Notes: generated by a model from the letters alone, not told the origin. Shown: positions 37,442-47,561, counted from the stretch's first letter. The stretch: DNA of 64,000 nucleotides from Bacillota bacterium (GCA_021827745.1 JAKAUI010000037.1:6742-70741); one strand, 5' to 3'. Numbers and translations: made by a program.

Positions 37442-39462
37442 GACACCCGTTCGCCCGCCGACGCTGTGCCCAGATGGGGTGCAAGAGCGCTCGACGCAGG
37501 CTCGCCTAAGAGGAAGTGCCGCCACCAGTCGCTGAGCAGGGCGAGTCGGTGCACGCGGTGCCACGGCTTGCCGTCTCGAGTCATGCCGTGGAATTCGCCC
37601 GGATAACGGACGAAGACCGCCACCCGGCCCAGGGCCTTCAGGGCGGTGAAGTAGGACTCGCCCTGACCGATCGGGCAGCGCAGGTCTCCCTCCTGGTGCT
37701 CGATCAGAACAGGGGTCTGGACCTGATCGACATAGCTGAGCGGCGACTGCTGGACCCAGCCCGCCTGGTCCTGCCAAGGATGTCCGCCCAGGCGGCGGTG
37801 CCAGTACCAGAACATGTCCGAGCTGCCCGCCATCTGCCGCCAGTCGGTGACCGAGCGGGCGGCGTGGGCGGCCGAAAAGCGCCTGCTGTGGCCGATCAGC
37901 CAGGTGGTCATGAAGCCGCCGTAGGAGCCGCCGCTGACGCCAAGGCGCCTCGGATCGATCAGCGGAAAGGAGGCGAGCGCTTGATCGCATGCCGCCATCA
38001 GGTCGGCCTGGTCCCTGGCGCCCCACTCCTCGCTGATGGCCGAGCAAAAGGCCTCGCCGTATCCTTGCGAGCCGCGCGGGTTGCAGGCGATCACGGCGAT
38101 GCCGAGGGCGGCCAGGAGCTGGAACTCGAAGGTGTAGGTGCGTCCGTACATCATCATCGGGCCGCCGTGGATGGACAGCACGGCCGGAATCCTCTGGCCG
38201 ACGGGATCCTTGGGCAGGATCACCCAGGCGTCGACAGACGGCCCGCCTGCGGCGGCGGCGGAAAACCGCACCGGCGCCTGCGGCGGGTGACGGCGCAAGA
38301 AGGCCGTGTTCAGGCGGTGTAAGACCCGCTCGCGACCTTGTGTGAGCATCACGATCTCGGACGGCTCTTGGGCCGTCGAGCGGGCCACCACCAGCCCTTT
38401 GGGGTGAACGGCCAGGGCATGGACGGCATGGTCGCCCCGAGTCAGGGTTTTGCCGGCCGTGCCGTCGAGCGGCACCTCGATGACATCGACACGCCCCTCT
38501 GTGGAGACGAGGGCATAGGGCATGGCCTGTCCCTGTGGCCAGATCACGCTCGGCCCGCCGGGCGGGACCAGATCGCAGACACTGAGATCGCCGATCGGAC
38601 GGTCGAGATCGGAAAGGAGCCGCAAGCGGTCCTGTCCGGGGCCAAGCAGGTAGAGCTGGTCGTTGCCGTAGCCGAGCTTGGCCGGATCGGATGCGATGAC
38701 CAGGAGCCGGTCCTGGAGCGGGTCGGGGATCACGTCGTCCACCGACCAGACAGAGTCGCCGGCCACATGGCGGGGCGCTGCGGCCGAGTTCAGCTCCAGC
38801 TGCCACAGTTCAGACCAGTCCACGTCGGGCAGGTCGAGACTCTGGCGGATGAACCACAGGCTTCTGCCGTCGGCGCTAAAGGCAACCCGCCCGATGCGGG
38901 CCCCAAGGCCAGTGAGGAGGCGAGGGCTGCCAACGAGCGGCTGGTGCACGATCTCGGCCTCTCCGGGCCCAAACAGCCCTTCGCCGTCCAGTTTGTAAAA
39001 GGCGTGGGAGGCGAGCCGGACCCCGGCCGTGTGACGCTCCTGATCGGTACGGGGTTTGGTGGAGGCGGACTGCAGGCGCCCGCCTTCCACCAGAGTGACC
39101 AGGGCGAAGGAGCGGCTGTCCGGTGACCAGGCGAATGAGCGGACTCCGCCCAAGAGGTCCGAGACTTGATGGCCCTCGCCGCCGCCGGTCGGCATCACCC
39201 ACAGCTGGCTCGGACCGTCACCGCCGGCCAAGAAGGCGAGCCAGCGGCCATCTGGAGACACCCTCGGAGCGCTGTCGTGCGGGCCGCGGGTGAACGCCAC
39301 CGGCCGCCGGCCAGGGACGAGGGCCATCACCCGGCTGTGGGCCGTGTTGTCCTTGCGGTCGAGAGAAGACTCCAGATACAGCACCCGGCCATCGGCCAAC
39401 GCCTGCACAGCGCCGCCCAGCCTAAGTCCGAACAGGTCCTGGGCCGAAAGCGCCCTGGCCAT
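37438..39462 (-). CDS. S9-family (acylaminoacyl) peptidase
   Basis: PD40-like SPDG repeats, IHGGP, GGSYGG, DLRC, GEFHG. Confidence 0.94.
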   Translation of the reverse strand: MARALSAQDLFGLRLGGAVQALADGRVLYLESSLDRKDNTAHSRVMALVPGRRPVAFTRGPHDSAPRVSPDGRWLAFLAGGDGPSQLWVMPTGGGEGHQVSDLLGGVRSFAWSPDSRSFALVTLVEGGRLQSASTKPRTDQERHTAGVRLASHAFYKLDGEGLFGPGEAEIVHQPLVGSPRLLTGLGARIGRVAFSADGRSLWFIRQSLDLPDVDWSELWQLELNSAAAPRHVAGDSVWSVDDVIPDPLQDRLLVIASDPAKLGYGNDQLYLLGPGQDRLRLLSDLDRPIGDLSVCDLVPPGGPSVIWPQGQAMPYALVSTEGRVDVIEVPLDGTAGKTLTRGDHAVHALAVHPKGLVVARSTAQEPSEIVMLTQGRERVLHRLNTAFLRRHPPQAPVRFSAAAAGGPSVDAWVILPKDPVGQRIPAVLSIHGGPMMMYGRTYTFEFQLLAALGIAVIACNPRGSQGYGEAFCSAISEEWGARDQADLMAACDQALASFPLIDPRRLGVSGGSYGGFMTTWLIGHSRRFSAAHAARSVTDWRQMAGSSDMFWYWHRRLGGHPWQDQAGWVQQSPLSYVDQVQTPVLIEHQEGDLRCPIGQGESYFTALKALGRVAVFVRYPGEFHGMTRDGKPWHRVHRLALLSDWWRHFLLGEPASSALAPHLGTASAGERVS

Positions 39463-39556
39463 GGGGCCTGACCTCCTTCAGTTCCACCGCCGTCACACTT
39501 CCGCGCAGGGGGGCTCTGTGTCCTGCAAGACGCCAGGGCGGGCGCAGTGCGGAAAA

Positions 39557-39601
39557 TCTCAGCCAGTTCTTAGCCCGTTTGATAATTCCCTTCCGTACGA
39601 T
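39557..39601 (+). promoter_or_regulatory. Direct repeat (probable OmpR-family regulator site) and -10 of the efflux operon
   Basis: TCTCAGCC (39557) and TCTTAGCC (39568) are 11 bp apart at the -35 position; -10 TACGAT at 39596. Confidence 0.55.
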
Positions 39602-39684
39602 GATGGAGGTCAGCGCTGAAGACACCCTCTGAGCGGGGCCAGTGCTGGCGATCAGCAAGAGTCGTCGCAACGGGAGGAATCCTC

Positions 39685-41502
39685 ACGTCAACGAAACGGA
39701 TTGGGATCGCGATCGCAGTGGTGCTGGTTCTGGTGGCCGCGGTGGCGGTCGGCCATCGCATTGTCGCCGGATCCGGAGCCCAGGGCCCCACCTATGCCCT
39801 GGCCGCTGCCACATACGGGAGCCTGAGCGTGGACGTCACCGGGTCGGCCACCGTGCAGTCGGCGACCACAGCCAATGTGTACCCGTCGCAGGCGGGGACC
39901 ATCACCTCGATTCCGGTGACGGTCGGCCAGCAGGTGGTGGCCGGGCAACTGCTCGCCACCGAATCGGACGGCGGCAAGCTGGAGAACCAGCTATTGAGCG
40001 CCGAGGCGGCGCTGGCCGCCGATGAGGCGAACCTGGCAGCCCAGACGTCGCCTCCGGCCACCTCTGCCGCCCAAATCACGGCCCAGCAGGACAAGATTCA
40101 GGTCGACCAGGCGCACCTTACCGCCGACCAGGCGACCTTGGCCCAAGACCAGGCGAGTCTGGCGGCCCTGACCGTCCAGGCGCCAGAGAGCGGATATGTC
40201 GGCGACCTGAACGTGATCCCGGGCCAGTCGGTGGGGGCTGGGTTCACGCTCCTGACTCTGGCCACACCCACCGTCCTCACCGTCAGTGGCACCGTTCTGC
40301 AATCCACCCTGCCGTCACTGGCGCTCGGCCAGTCGGCCACGGTGCAGAGCGACCAGGGCGGAAACCTGCCGGCCACCGTCACGGCGATCGGCACCACGGC
40401 CTCCGGCACGGTCAGGGGCCAGCCGGTGTTCCCGGTCACGGTCACCCTCACGAATCCTCCAGGCGGCTTGGCCGCCGGGGTCAACGTCGCCGTGCTCTTA
40501 GGAACCCCCGGCATCTACATCATGAACGGACCGCTCACCTACTCCCAGGTGCAGGCTGTGACGGCGCCGGCCCCGGCTGTGGTCCAATCGGTCGACGTTA
40601 CCGACGGCCAGCTGGCCGAGGGCGGCGCCACTCTGATCACCCTGACCAGCGCCAGCCTGGCCCAGACGGTCAACGCAGACCAGGCCGCCGTGGCCGAAGA
40701 TCAGGCCCTTCTGTCAGAGGACCAGGCCACGCTCACCCAGATGGAAACGGGGACGCCGCCCACGGCTGTCGAGCTGGCTTCGCTCAAGGCCAAGAACGCC
40801 GCCGATCAGTCGGCCGTGACCGAGGCTGAGATCGCACTGGCCGGACTGCGCATTACGTCTCCGATCAGCGGCACCGTCACCGCCGTCAATCTGGCCGTGG
40901 GGGACAACGCCGCCACTGCCGCCGGTGCGGCGCCCGCCTTCTCGATCGAAAATCCAAGCGCCCTCCAGGTGGTGGTGCCGATCGACCAGACCCAGATCAA
41001 TCAGGTGGCGGTGGGCCAAAAGGCCCAGATCACCACCGACGCCCTGCCCGGACAGACGCTTTTGGGAACGGTGGCCGCCGTGGCTCCGACCGGCACCAAC
41101 AGTCTGGGCGTCAGCAGCTTCGACGTGACGATCAACATTGCGCAGGGCACCTCAAGCGGCCTGAAGAGCGGCATGGCGGCCAATGTGTCGATCCATGTCA
41201 CCACCATCGCCAGAACCCTGTTGGTGCCAGCCGTGGCCGTCACTGGAAGCGGGTCTCAGGCGACTGTGGTGGTGCTCGTCGGCGGCAAGCCGGTTGTGAA
41301 AAAGGTGGTGGCCGGGGTCTCCAACACGGTCGACACCCAGATCATCTCCGGACTTAAAGCCGGGGAGCAGGTGGTGACCGCGGAGGTCACCCCGTCAAGC
41401 CAGAAGGGGTTCTTCTTCGGCGGCGGCCGCAAGGCGGCCGGACCGGGCGGGGCGGCGGCGCCGGCGCCGCGCACGCCCGGAAAGGGCAAGGGAACGGCCT
41501 GA
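39685..41502 (+). CDS. Efflux membrane-fusion/adaptor protein (MacA/YknX-like)
   Basis: N-terminal TM, lipoyl half-motifs, coiled coils, IISGLKAGEQVV. Start uncertain (ACG 39685, CTG 39616 or GTG 39718). Confidence 0.88.
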   Translation, partial: TSTKRIGIAIAVVLVLVAAVAVGHRIVAGSGAQGPTYALAAATYGSLSVDVTGSATVQSATTANVYPSQAGTITSIPVTVGQQVVAGQLLATESDGGKLENQLLSAEAALAADEANLAAQTSPPATSAAQITAQQDKIQVDQAHLTADQATLAQDQASLAALTVQAPESGYVGDLNVIPGQSVGAGFTLLTLATPTVLTVSGTVLQSTLPSLALGQSATVQSDQGGNLPATVTAIGTTASGTVRGQPVFPVTVTLTNPPGGLAAGVNVAVLLGTPGIYIMNGPLTYSQVQAVTAPAPAVVQSVDVTDGQLAEGGATLITLTSASLAQTVNADQAAVAEDQALLSEDQATLTQMETGTPPTAVELASLKAKNAADQSAVTEAEIALAGLRITSPISGTVTAVNLAVGDNAATAAGAAPAFSIENPSALQVVVPIDQTQINQVAVGQKAQITTDALPGQTLLGTVAAVAPTGTNSLGVSSFDVTINIAQGTSSGLKSGMAANVSIHVTTIARTLLVPAVAVTGSGSQATVVVLVGGKPVVKKVVAGVSNTVDTQIISGLKAGEQVVTAEVTPSSQKGFFFGGGRKAAGPGGAAAPAPRTPGKGKGTA

Positions 41503-41503
41503 G

Positions 41504-42241
41504 ATGACCGAGGTGGTGCGCGTCGACGAACTCAGTCGCATCTTTCGCACCGGCGCCGTGGAGGTGCAGGCGGTGCGCTCAGTCAGCTTCTCGATCGAAG
41601 AGGGCGCCATGGTGGCGATCATGGGCCCATCCGGCTCGGGAAAGACCACCATGATGAACATGCTCGGCTGTCTCGACCGCCCGACCAGCGGGAGATACTT
41701 CCTCGGCGGCGAGGATGTGGCCAAGAAGACGGACGATGCTCTGGCCAGGATCCGCAACCGGCGGATTGGCTTTGTCTTTCAGAGCTACAACCTGCTGACG
41801 GCGCTGAACGCCTTGGAGAACGTGGAGCTGCCGCTTGTCTACCGCGGGATGGCATCCGGAGAGCGCCACCGGGTGGCGGCCCAGACCCTGGCTGAGGTCG
41901 GGCTGTCCGAGCTGATGTCCTTTCGACCCTATGAGCTCTCCGGCGGTCAGCAGCAGCGGGTGGGTATCGCCCGGGCGCTGGCCGGGACACCGGACCTCTT
42001 GCTCGCCGACGAGCCGACCGGGAATTTGGACTCTGTCTCCGGCGAGGAGATCTTGAACCTCTTTTTGGACCTGCACCAACGGGGACGCACTCTGATCATC
42101 GTTACCCATGACGAACAGGTGGCCCTGCACTGCCAGAGGATCATCCGCCTGAAGGACGGGCGGGTGCTCTCTGACCAGCCGGTCGACCCGGCCAGGCGCC
42201 GCATCAAGGCCGATCTCGGCACCCGGGCGCTCACATCGTGA
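41504..42241 (+). CDS. ABC ATP-binding protein (MacB/LolD type)
   Basis: [25 protein letters not shown]. Confidence 0.95.
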   Translation: MTEVVRVDELSRIFRTGAVEVQAVRSVSFSIEEGAMVAIMGPSGSGKTTMMNMLGCLDRPTSGRYFLGGEDVAKKTDDALARIRNRRIGFVFQSYNLLTALNALENVELPLVYRGMASGERHRVAAQTLAEVGLSELMSFRPYELSGGQQQRVGIARALAGTPDLLLADEPTGNLDSVSGEEILNLFLDLHQRGRTLIIVTHDEQVALHCQRIIRLKDGRVLSDQPVDPARRRIKADLGTRALTS

Positions 42242-43404
42242 GTCTTACAGAGAGCCTGAAGATGGCCTGGCGCGCCCTGGTCGGAAATCGCCTGCGTGCC
42301 ATCTTGACCATGCTCGGCATCATCATCGGGGTGGCGGCCGTGATCGCCCTGATCACCGCCGGTCAGGCCGCTACCAGTTCAGTCACCTCGAGCGTCCAGG
42401 CCCTGGGCTCGAACCTGATCAGCGTCAGCCCCATCCGCTCGAGCGGCGTCGTGCTCTATCCGCAGGACAGCGCCTGGCTGCTTCAGGTGGTGCCCCAGAT
42501 CAAGGCGGATGCGCCGCTGGTGGAGGCCTCCGTGACCTCGAGCTACGAGACCGTCTCCTGGAGCACCACCCTGATCGGAACGACGCCGGCCGCACTGGGC
42601 ATCGAAGGACGAAAGCTGGCCCAGGGCCGGTTCATTTCCGCTCAGGATCTCTCTGGAAACCGCGATGTGGCGGTGTTAGGCCAGACGGTGGCCCAGAGCC
42701 TGTTCGGGGCCAGAGACCCGATGCGCCAGACGATCAGCGTGAACGGCACGCCGTTCACCGTGATCGGCGTGCTGCAGGCCACCGGCGGCGCCTTTGGCGC
42801 CAACGCCGACAATGTGATCATCGTCCCGGTCCCTGCCGCCGAGTGGGTGGCCGGCACCACCCAGCTGACGGGGATCGAGGCCCAGGCCCGGTCCGCCGCC
42901 ATCGCCCCCTTGGCCGTGGCCCAGATCACAGCCGTGCTCAACCACCGCTTCGCCACCACCAACGCCGCCTCTGTCGTCTCCCAGGACCAGATCCTGAGCA
43001 CGTTGTCCACGATCACCGCCACCCTGACCCTGATGCTGGGCGGCATCGCCGGTATCTCGCTGCTGGTCGGCGGCATCGGGATCATGAACATCATGCTGGT
43101 CACCGTTTCAGAGCGAACGCGCGAGATCGGTCTCAGAAAGGCGCTGGGCGCCTCCCGGCAGGCCATCCTGAGCCAGTTCCTGATCGAGTCCTCCCTGCTC
43201 AGCGTGGCCGGCGGAGCGATCGGTGTGGTGGTCGGGGTCGGTCTCTCAGGTCTGCTGACGCACCTGCTGGGGGCCGGAGGCGTGTCCATATCGGCCGTGG
43301 CGTTGGCGCTTGGGTTTTCGCTTCTGGTCGGCATCGGCTTCGGCATCTGGCCGGCGGCCAACGCCAGCCACCTCGATCCGGTGCAGGCGCTGTACCACGA
43401 CTGA
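42238..43404 (+). CDS. ABC permease (MacB/FtsX type)
   Basis: LTMLGIIIGV, GGIGIMNIML, ERTREIGLRKALGA. Confidence 0.95.
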   Translation: MSLTESLKMAWRALVGNRLRAILTMLGIIIGVAAVIALITAGQAATSSVTSSVQALGSNLISVSPIRSSGVVLYPQDSAWLLQVVPQIKADAPLVEASVTSSYETVSWSTTLIGTTPAALGIEGRKLAQGRFISAQDLSGNRDVAVLGQTVAQSLFGARDPMRQTISVNGTPFTVIGVLQATGGAFGANADNVIIVPVPAAEWVAGTTQLTGIEAQARSAAIAPLAVAQITAVLNHRFATTNAASVVSQDQILSTLSTITATLTLMLGGIAGISLLVGGIGIMNIMLVTVSERTREIGLRKALGASRQAILSQFLIESSLLSVAGGAIGVVVGVGLSGLLTHLLGAGGVSISAVALALGFSLLVGIGFGIWPAANASHLDPVQALYHD

Positions 43405-43492
43405 GCTCGAGCGCCCCGGCGCCACATGGAACTGGCCACCCGCAGCGGAGTGCGGGTGGCCAAGGTGAGCGACTCGTTCCAGGGGCCGCGGC

Positions 43493-44575
43493 CTACATGT
43501 GCAGGGCGAGCGCCAGCAGCCCGGTGACCACGCCGGTCACGGCCACCAGGATGGCGATGCGGAGCAAGAGGCGGGCCGGCACCGAGCGGCCGACCATGAC
43601 CAAAGACGGCAGGCTGACGGCCGGCAGGGTGATCATCAGGGCGCCGGCGCCGCCGGCGCCGAGACCGTATGAGAGCAGGGTCTGGATGATCGGGACCTCG
43701 CCGGCGGTCGGGATGACGAACAAGGTGCCGGCGATGGCCAGTCCCAGCATCAGCAGGATGCTAGATCCGAGGGCGGGCGACATGGCCGGGAAGAGAAAGG
43801 CGCGGGCGGCACCGAGCACCATCACGATCACGATGTACTCGGGGATCAATCCGATCACCAGCCGCCACAGGTTGCGGCCCCAGGCCACGAAGGGGTTGGC
43901 ACCATCGTCCTGGCTGCCGTCGACGGCAGCCAGCGCCGCCCGGGTGGCCGACTCCGGCACCTGGTCATGGCTGGAAAAGCGGTTTCCGATGATGGCCGCC
44001 CCGGCCACCAGCAAGATGCCGATCACGATGCGGAACAGCGCCCAGTTCCAACCGAGCACGAAGCCCATGAACACGATGGTGGCGGGGTTCAGCACCGGGT
44101 TCCCCAGCCAGTAGGCCATCACGGCGCCCGGAGCTGCCTTGGCGCGGTGCAGGCCGACCACCACCGGCGCCGAGCAGCAGGTGCACATCATGGACGGCAC
44201 GGCGGCCAAGGCGGCCACCGTCGAGCTCTTGGCACCGGACGTTCCGAGGACCTTGAGCAGCCAGTCGCGCGGCACAAGGGTCTGCACGGCCGAACCGAGC
44301 AGCAATCCGAGCACGATGGCGGTCCAGATGTCGGCCCCATAGGCGAGCGCATAGTCCCAGGCGGCGGCGAAGGAAAAGGCCGGCGGGGCATTGGAGGTGC
44401 CGGACACGATCGAGGCGCCGATCGAGTGCTTGGACGCGGCCACGAAGGCCTTGTTGAAGAGCGGGAACCACTTCACATAGAACAGGCCGCCGATCGCCAG
44501 CACCAGGAAGATGGCAATGCCCCACTTGGCGAGCTGGTCTGAGCGGCGGGGGACGGTGGCGGTTGCGCTGGCCAC
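43493..44575 (-). CDS. Permease, UPF0718/ArsP (YraQ-like) family
   Basis: MMCTCC, GNPVLNPAT, IPTAGEVPI; AAAGGA RBS. Confidence 0.85.
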   Translation of the reverse strand: MASATATVPRRSDQLAKWGIAIFLVLAIGGLFYVKWFPLFNKAFVAASKHSIGASIVSGTSNAPPAFSFAAAWDYALAYGADIWTAIVLGLLLGSAVQTLVPRDWLLKVLGTSGAKSSTVAALAAVPSMMCTCCSAPVVVGLHRAKAAPGAVMAYWLGNPVLNPATIVFMGFVLGWNWALFRIVIGILLVAGAAIIGNRFSSHDQVPESATRAALAAVDGSQDDGANPFVAWGRNLWRLVIGLIPEYIVIVMVLGAARAFLFPAMSPALGSSILLMLGLAIAGTLFVIPTAGEVPIIQTLLSYGLGAGGAGALMITLPAVSLPSLVMVGRSVPARLLLRIAILVAVTGVVTGLLALALHM

Positions 44576-44644
44576 TGATGCATCGTCCTTTCACAAATGC
44601 GTCATTTCGGCTCAGGCTACAAGGATCGTGGAGGAGATGCAATC

Positions 44645-44667
44645 TGCCATACGAATTACGTATGGCA
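44645..44667. promoter_or_regulatory. Probable LysR binding site between the divergent permease and LysR genes
   Basis: Perfect inverted repeat TGCCATACG-AATTA-CGTATGGCA containing T-N11-A. Confidence 0.7.
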
Positions 44668-44680
44668 TGGAGGTGAGCGG

Positions 44681-45562
44681 GTGGATCTCTCCGATCTGGA
44701 CCTCCTGGCGGAGGCCGTGCGGCTGGGCAGTCTGAGCGCAGCAGCCCGCCGGCTTGCGATCAGCCAGGCAACGGCCAGCCGGCGCCTGCAGCGGCTGGAA
44801 GGGGAGATGGGAAGCCACCTCCTGGAGCGGACGGCGAGCGGCGTGCGGGCCAGTCCCGACGGCGAGGCGGCCCTGGCCTTTCGCCTCAGGATCCAAGATG
44901 CCCGCCATGAGATGGAACGGCACCTGGACCACGGGCACGGACTGAGCGGCGAGCTGCAGGTGGCGGCCAGCAGCGCGCCGGCGGCCGGATTGGCCCCGCA
45001 GTGGATCGGGCGCTTCCTCAGTCGTCATCCGGCGGTGGCGGTACGGCTGGCCGTCGGCGACTCGCGGCTGGTCGAAGAGGATGTCGGACACGCCCGGGCC
45101 ATGGTCGGGCTGATGGGCCGGCGCCCAGAGGCGTCCGGCCTGCGCCACCGCCAAGTGGCGGAGGAGGAGACGCTGCTCGTGGTGGGCGCTGGCCACCGCT
45201 GGGCCAAGGCGGGAGAGATCGATCTTGGCCAAGTGCAGGCGGCGTCGTGGGTGGCGCGCGAGCAGGGATCGGGCACCCGACGGATGGTGGAGGACAAGCT
45301 GGCTGCAGCCGGAGTCGATCCGGGCCAGCTCCGGGTGGTGGCCGAGGCAGGGTCTGCGCTCGCCCAGGTGGCGCTGATCCGGGCCACCGGCCAGGCCGGG
45401 TTCGTGTCGGCGAGCGTGCTGGCCCAGGCCGGCCCCGATCTCGCCGTCGTCCGGCTGAGGGGGGTGCGCCTGCTCCGGCCGATCGTGCTGGTCTGGGCGG
45501 ACCGAACCCTGACCGAGACCGCACAGGCCTTTCTGCACTTGGCCACCGAGGGCGAGCGATAA
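44681..45562 (+). CDS. LysR-family regulator (CysL/YeiE-like)
   Basis: GSLSAAARRL.ISQ HTH, REQGSGTR; GGAGG RBS. Confidence 0.9.
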   Translation: MDLSDLDLLAEAVRLGSLSAAARRLAISQATASRRLQRLEGEMGSHLLERTASGVRASPDGEAALAFRLRIQDARHEMERHLDHGHGLSGELQVAASSAPAAGLAPQWIGRFLSRHPAVAVRLAVGDSRLVEEDVGHARAMVGLMGRRPEASGLRHRQVAEEETLLVVGAGHRWAKAGEIDLGQVQAASWVAREQGSGTRRMVEDKLAAAGVDPGQLRVVAEAGSALAQVALIRATGQAGFVSASVLAQAGPDLAVVRLRGVRLLRPIVLVWADRTLTETAQAFLHLATEGER

Positions 45563-45581
45563 GCCAGGGACAGTTGGGGCG

Positions 45582-45959
45582 GTGTCGAAACGTCTGCCGG
45601 GGGTGAGTGAGGCTGTGGAAGTGTTCGAGGTGCACTTCAAGAACTATCGGGCGGCCCGGCCATACGCGCGACACGGCATCGATCTGCGCCGCAAGTTCAC
45701 CTACCTGTCCGAACTGGAAATGACGCCTCTTGGCCTGTGGCTGGAGGTCGAGATTCCAGAGGTGAACCTGAGGACCGGTCAGACGCAACGGGGCAAGGCG
45801 CGCCTGGCCGTGCCCTTTGCCGACATCGAGTACGTACTCGCCTTTGACGATGGGACGGCGACCCACGAGCAGCACGCCCACCACATCGGCTTCATCCACG
45901 ACGAGGACGTGCCGACGCAAGAGCCCCAAGCGGAGGGGCCGGTCCGCCCGATCGAGTGA
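45582..45959 (+). CDS. Hypothetical protein
   Basis: About 120 aa filling the gap between same-strand genes, with good codon usage; start uncertain. Confidence 0.7.
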   Translation: MSKRLPGVSEAVEVFEVHFKNYRAARPYARHGIDLRRKFTYLSELEMTPLGLWLEVEIPEVNLRTGQTQRGKARLAVPFADIEYVLAFDDGTATHEQHAHHIGFIHDEDVPTQEPQAEGPVRPIE

Positions 45960-46012
45960 CTTGCCAGGGGCCTTCAGCCTGCCAAAATAGAAGGCGTGGA
46001 GGAGTCTGAGCG

Positions 46013-46864
46013 ATGCAGGTGCTGGGGTTGGTCGGCGGCAGCGGGACCGGCAAGAGCCACCGGGCGAGCCTGGTGGCGATGGAGCGCGGCTATGAGGCGA
46101 TCGTCGATGACGGACTGCTGATCAAGGACGGCAAGATCCTGGCTGGCCAGTCGGCCAAGCGGGCCGCCTCCAAGATCCAGGCCATCCGGCGGGCGATCTT
46201 CGCCGATCCCGGCCACGCCCGCGAGGTGCGCGAGACGATCGGCCGCCACCAGATCAGCCATCTCCTGGTCCTCGGCACGTCGCGCCCGATGGTCAGCCGG
46301 ATCTGCGAGGTGCTGGAGCTGCCGCAGCCGACGGAGTGGATTCGGATCGAGCAGCTCGCCAATCCGGCGCAGCTGCGACTCGCCCGCCAGATGCGGACCC
46401 AGCATGGGCGCCACGTCATCCCAGCCCCGACGGTCGAGGTGCGCAAGACCTTCTCCGGCTATCTGGTCGATCCGCTGCACTTCATCATGCGCAACAACAA
46501 GGCGGCGCCGAGCCGCGACCAGATGGTGATCGAGAAGTCAGTGGTCCGTCCGACCTGGAGCTATCTCGGCCGCTTCACGGTGGACGACACCGTGATCGCC
46601 GACATCGCCAGCCGAGCGGCCTCTGCCGTCAGGGGCGTCGCCGCCGTGCGCCGGGCCGGTGTCGAGAGCTGGCAGCCTGGCGTCCGGATCACGCTCGAGC
46701 TGTCGGTGGTCTTTGGCACCCACATCCCTACGTTGCTCGATACTGTCAGGCGGACGGTCGAGTCGATGGTGGAGCAGATGACGGCCCTGAAGGTGCTGAC
46801 GGTGGTGGCGGTGGTGCGACGGGTGGTTCCGGCGGACGATCGGGGGAGTCGGGTCGGTGGCTGA
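46013..46864 (+). CDS. P-loop plus Asp23/Gls24-domain protein
   Basis: GGSGTGKS, DDGLLI, EKSVVRPT and a C-terminal Asp23-like domain. Promoter-like TTGCCA-16-CAAAAT at 45961-45988. Confidence 0.85.
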   Translation: MQVLGLVGGSGTGKSHRASLVAMERGYEAIVDDGLLIKDGKILAGQSAKRAASKIQAIRRAIFADPGHAREVRETIGRHQISHLLVLGTSRPMVSRICEVLELPQPTEWIRIEQLANPAQLRLARQMRTQHGRHVIPAPTVEVRKTFSGYLVDPLHFIMRNNKAAPSRDQMVIEKSVVRPTWSYLGRFTVDDTVIADIASRAASAVRGVAAVRRAGVESWQPGVRITLELSVVFGTHIPTLLDTVRRTVESMVEQMTALKVLTVVAVVRRVVPADDRGSRVGG

Positions 46865-47561
46865 CGACAAGACCCCGGCCCAGGGGACGGGCCCGATGGT
46901 GCTGGTGGTCGAAGACGACGGTGCCATCCGCGAGCTGATCCGCTTTCACCTGGAGCGGGCCGGCTTTATGGTCACTGAGGCCGAGGACGGCTTGGCGGCG
47001 CTCGCAGGCTGGCAGAGCGAGCGGCCCGATCTGGTCGTGCTCGACCTGATGCTGCCCGAGATGGACGGGCTCGCCGTCTGCCGGGCCATCCGCCGCCAGG
47101 CCATGACGCCGATCCTGATCCTGACCGCCAAGGGAGACGAGGCGGATCGGGTGAGCGGACTGGACCTCGGTGCCGACGACTACATGGTGAAGCCGTTCTC
47201 GCCAAAGGAGCTGGTCGCCCGGGTGCGCGCCCTCTTGCGGCGGACGGTCCCCACCGACGAGCTGCTGCGGATGGGGGCGGTGGTGCTCGATCGTCCAGGC
47301 CAGCGCGTGACCGTGGCCGGTCAGCCCGTCACCCTCACCCTGACCGAGTTCTCGCTCCTGCGCTGCCTGCTCGAGCATCCGGGGCGGGTGCTCAGTCGGC
47401 GCTTTTTGCTGCAAGAGGTTTGGGGCTATGACTTCTTCGGGGACAGCCGGACGGTGGACGTGCACATCCACCACCTGCGCGAGAAGGTCGGCGAGCCCTC
47501 TCAGCTGCTGATCGAAACGGTGCGGGGCGCCGGCTATCGCCTGGTCGGTGAGGAGAGGTGA
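46857..47561 (+). CDS. phoP: OmpR/PhoB-family response regulator
   Basis: VEDD, LDLMLP, GADDY..KPF, RTVDVHI; context upstream of pstB-phoU. Confidence 0.85.
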   Translation: MADDKTPAQGTGPMVLVVEDDGAIRELIRFHLERAGFMVTEAEDGLAALAGWQSERPDLVVLDLMLPEMDGLAVCRAIRRQAMTPILILTAKGDEADRVSGLDLGADDYMVKPFSPKELVARVRALLRRTVPTDELLRMGAVVLDRPGQRVTVAGQPVTLTLTEFSLLRCLLEHPGRVLSRRFLLQEVWGYDFFGDSRTVDVHIHHLREKVGEPSQLLIETVRGAGYRLVGEER

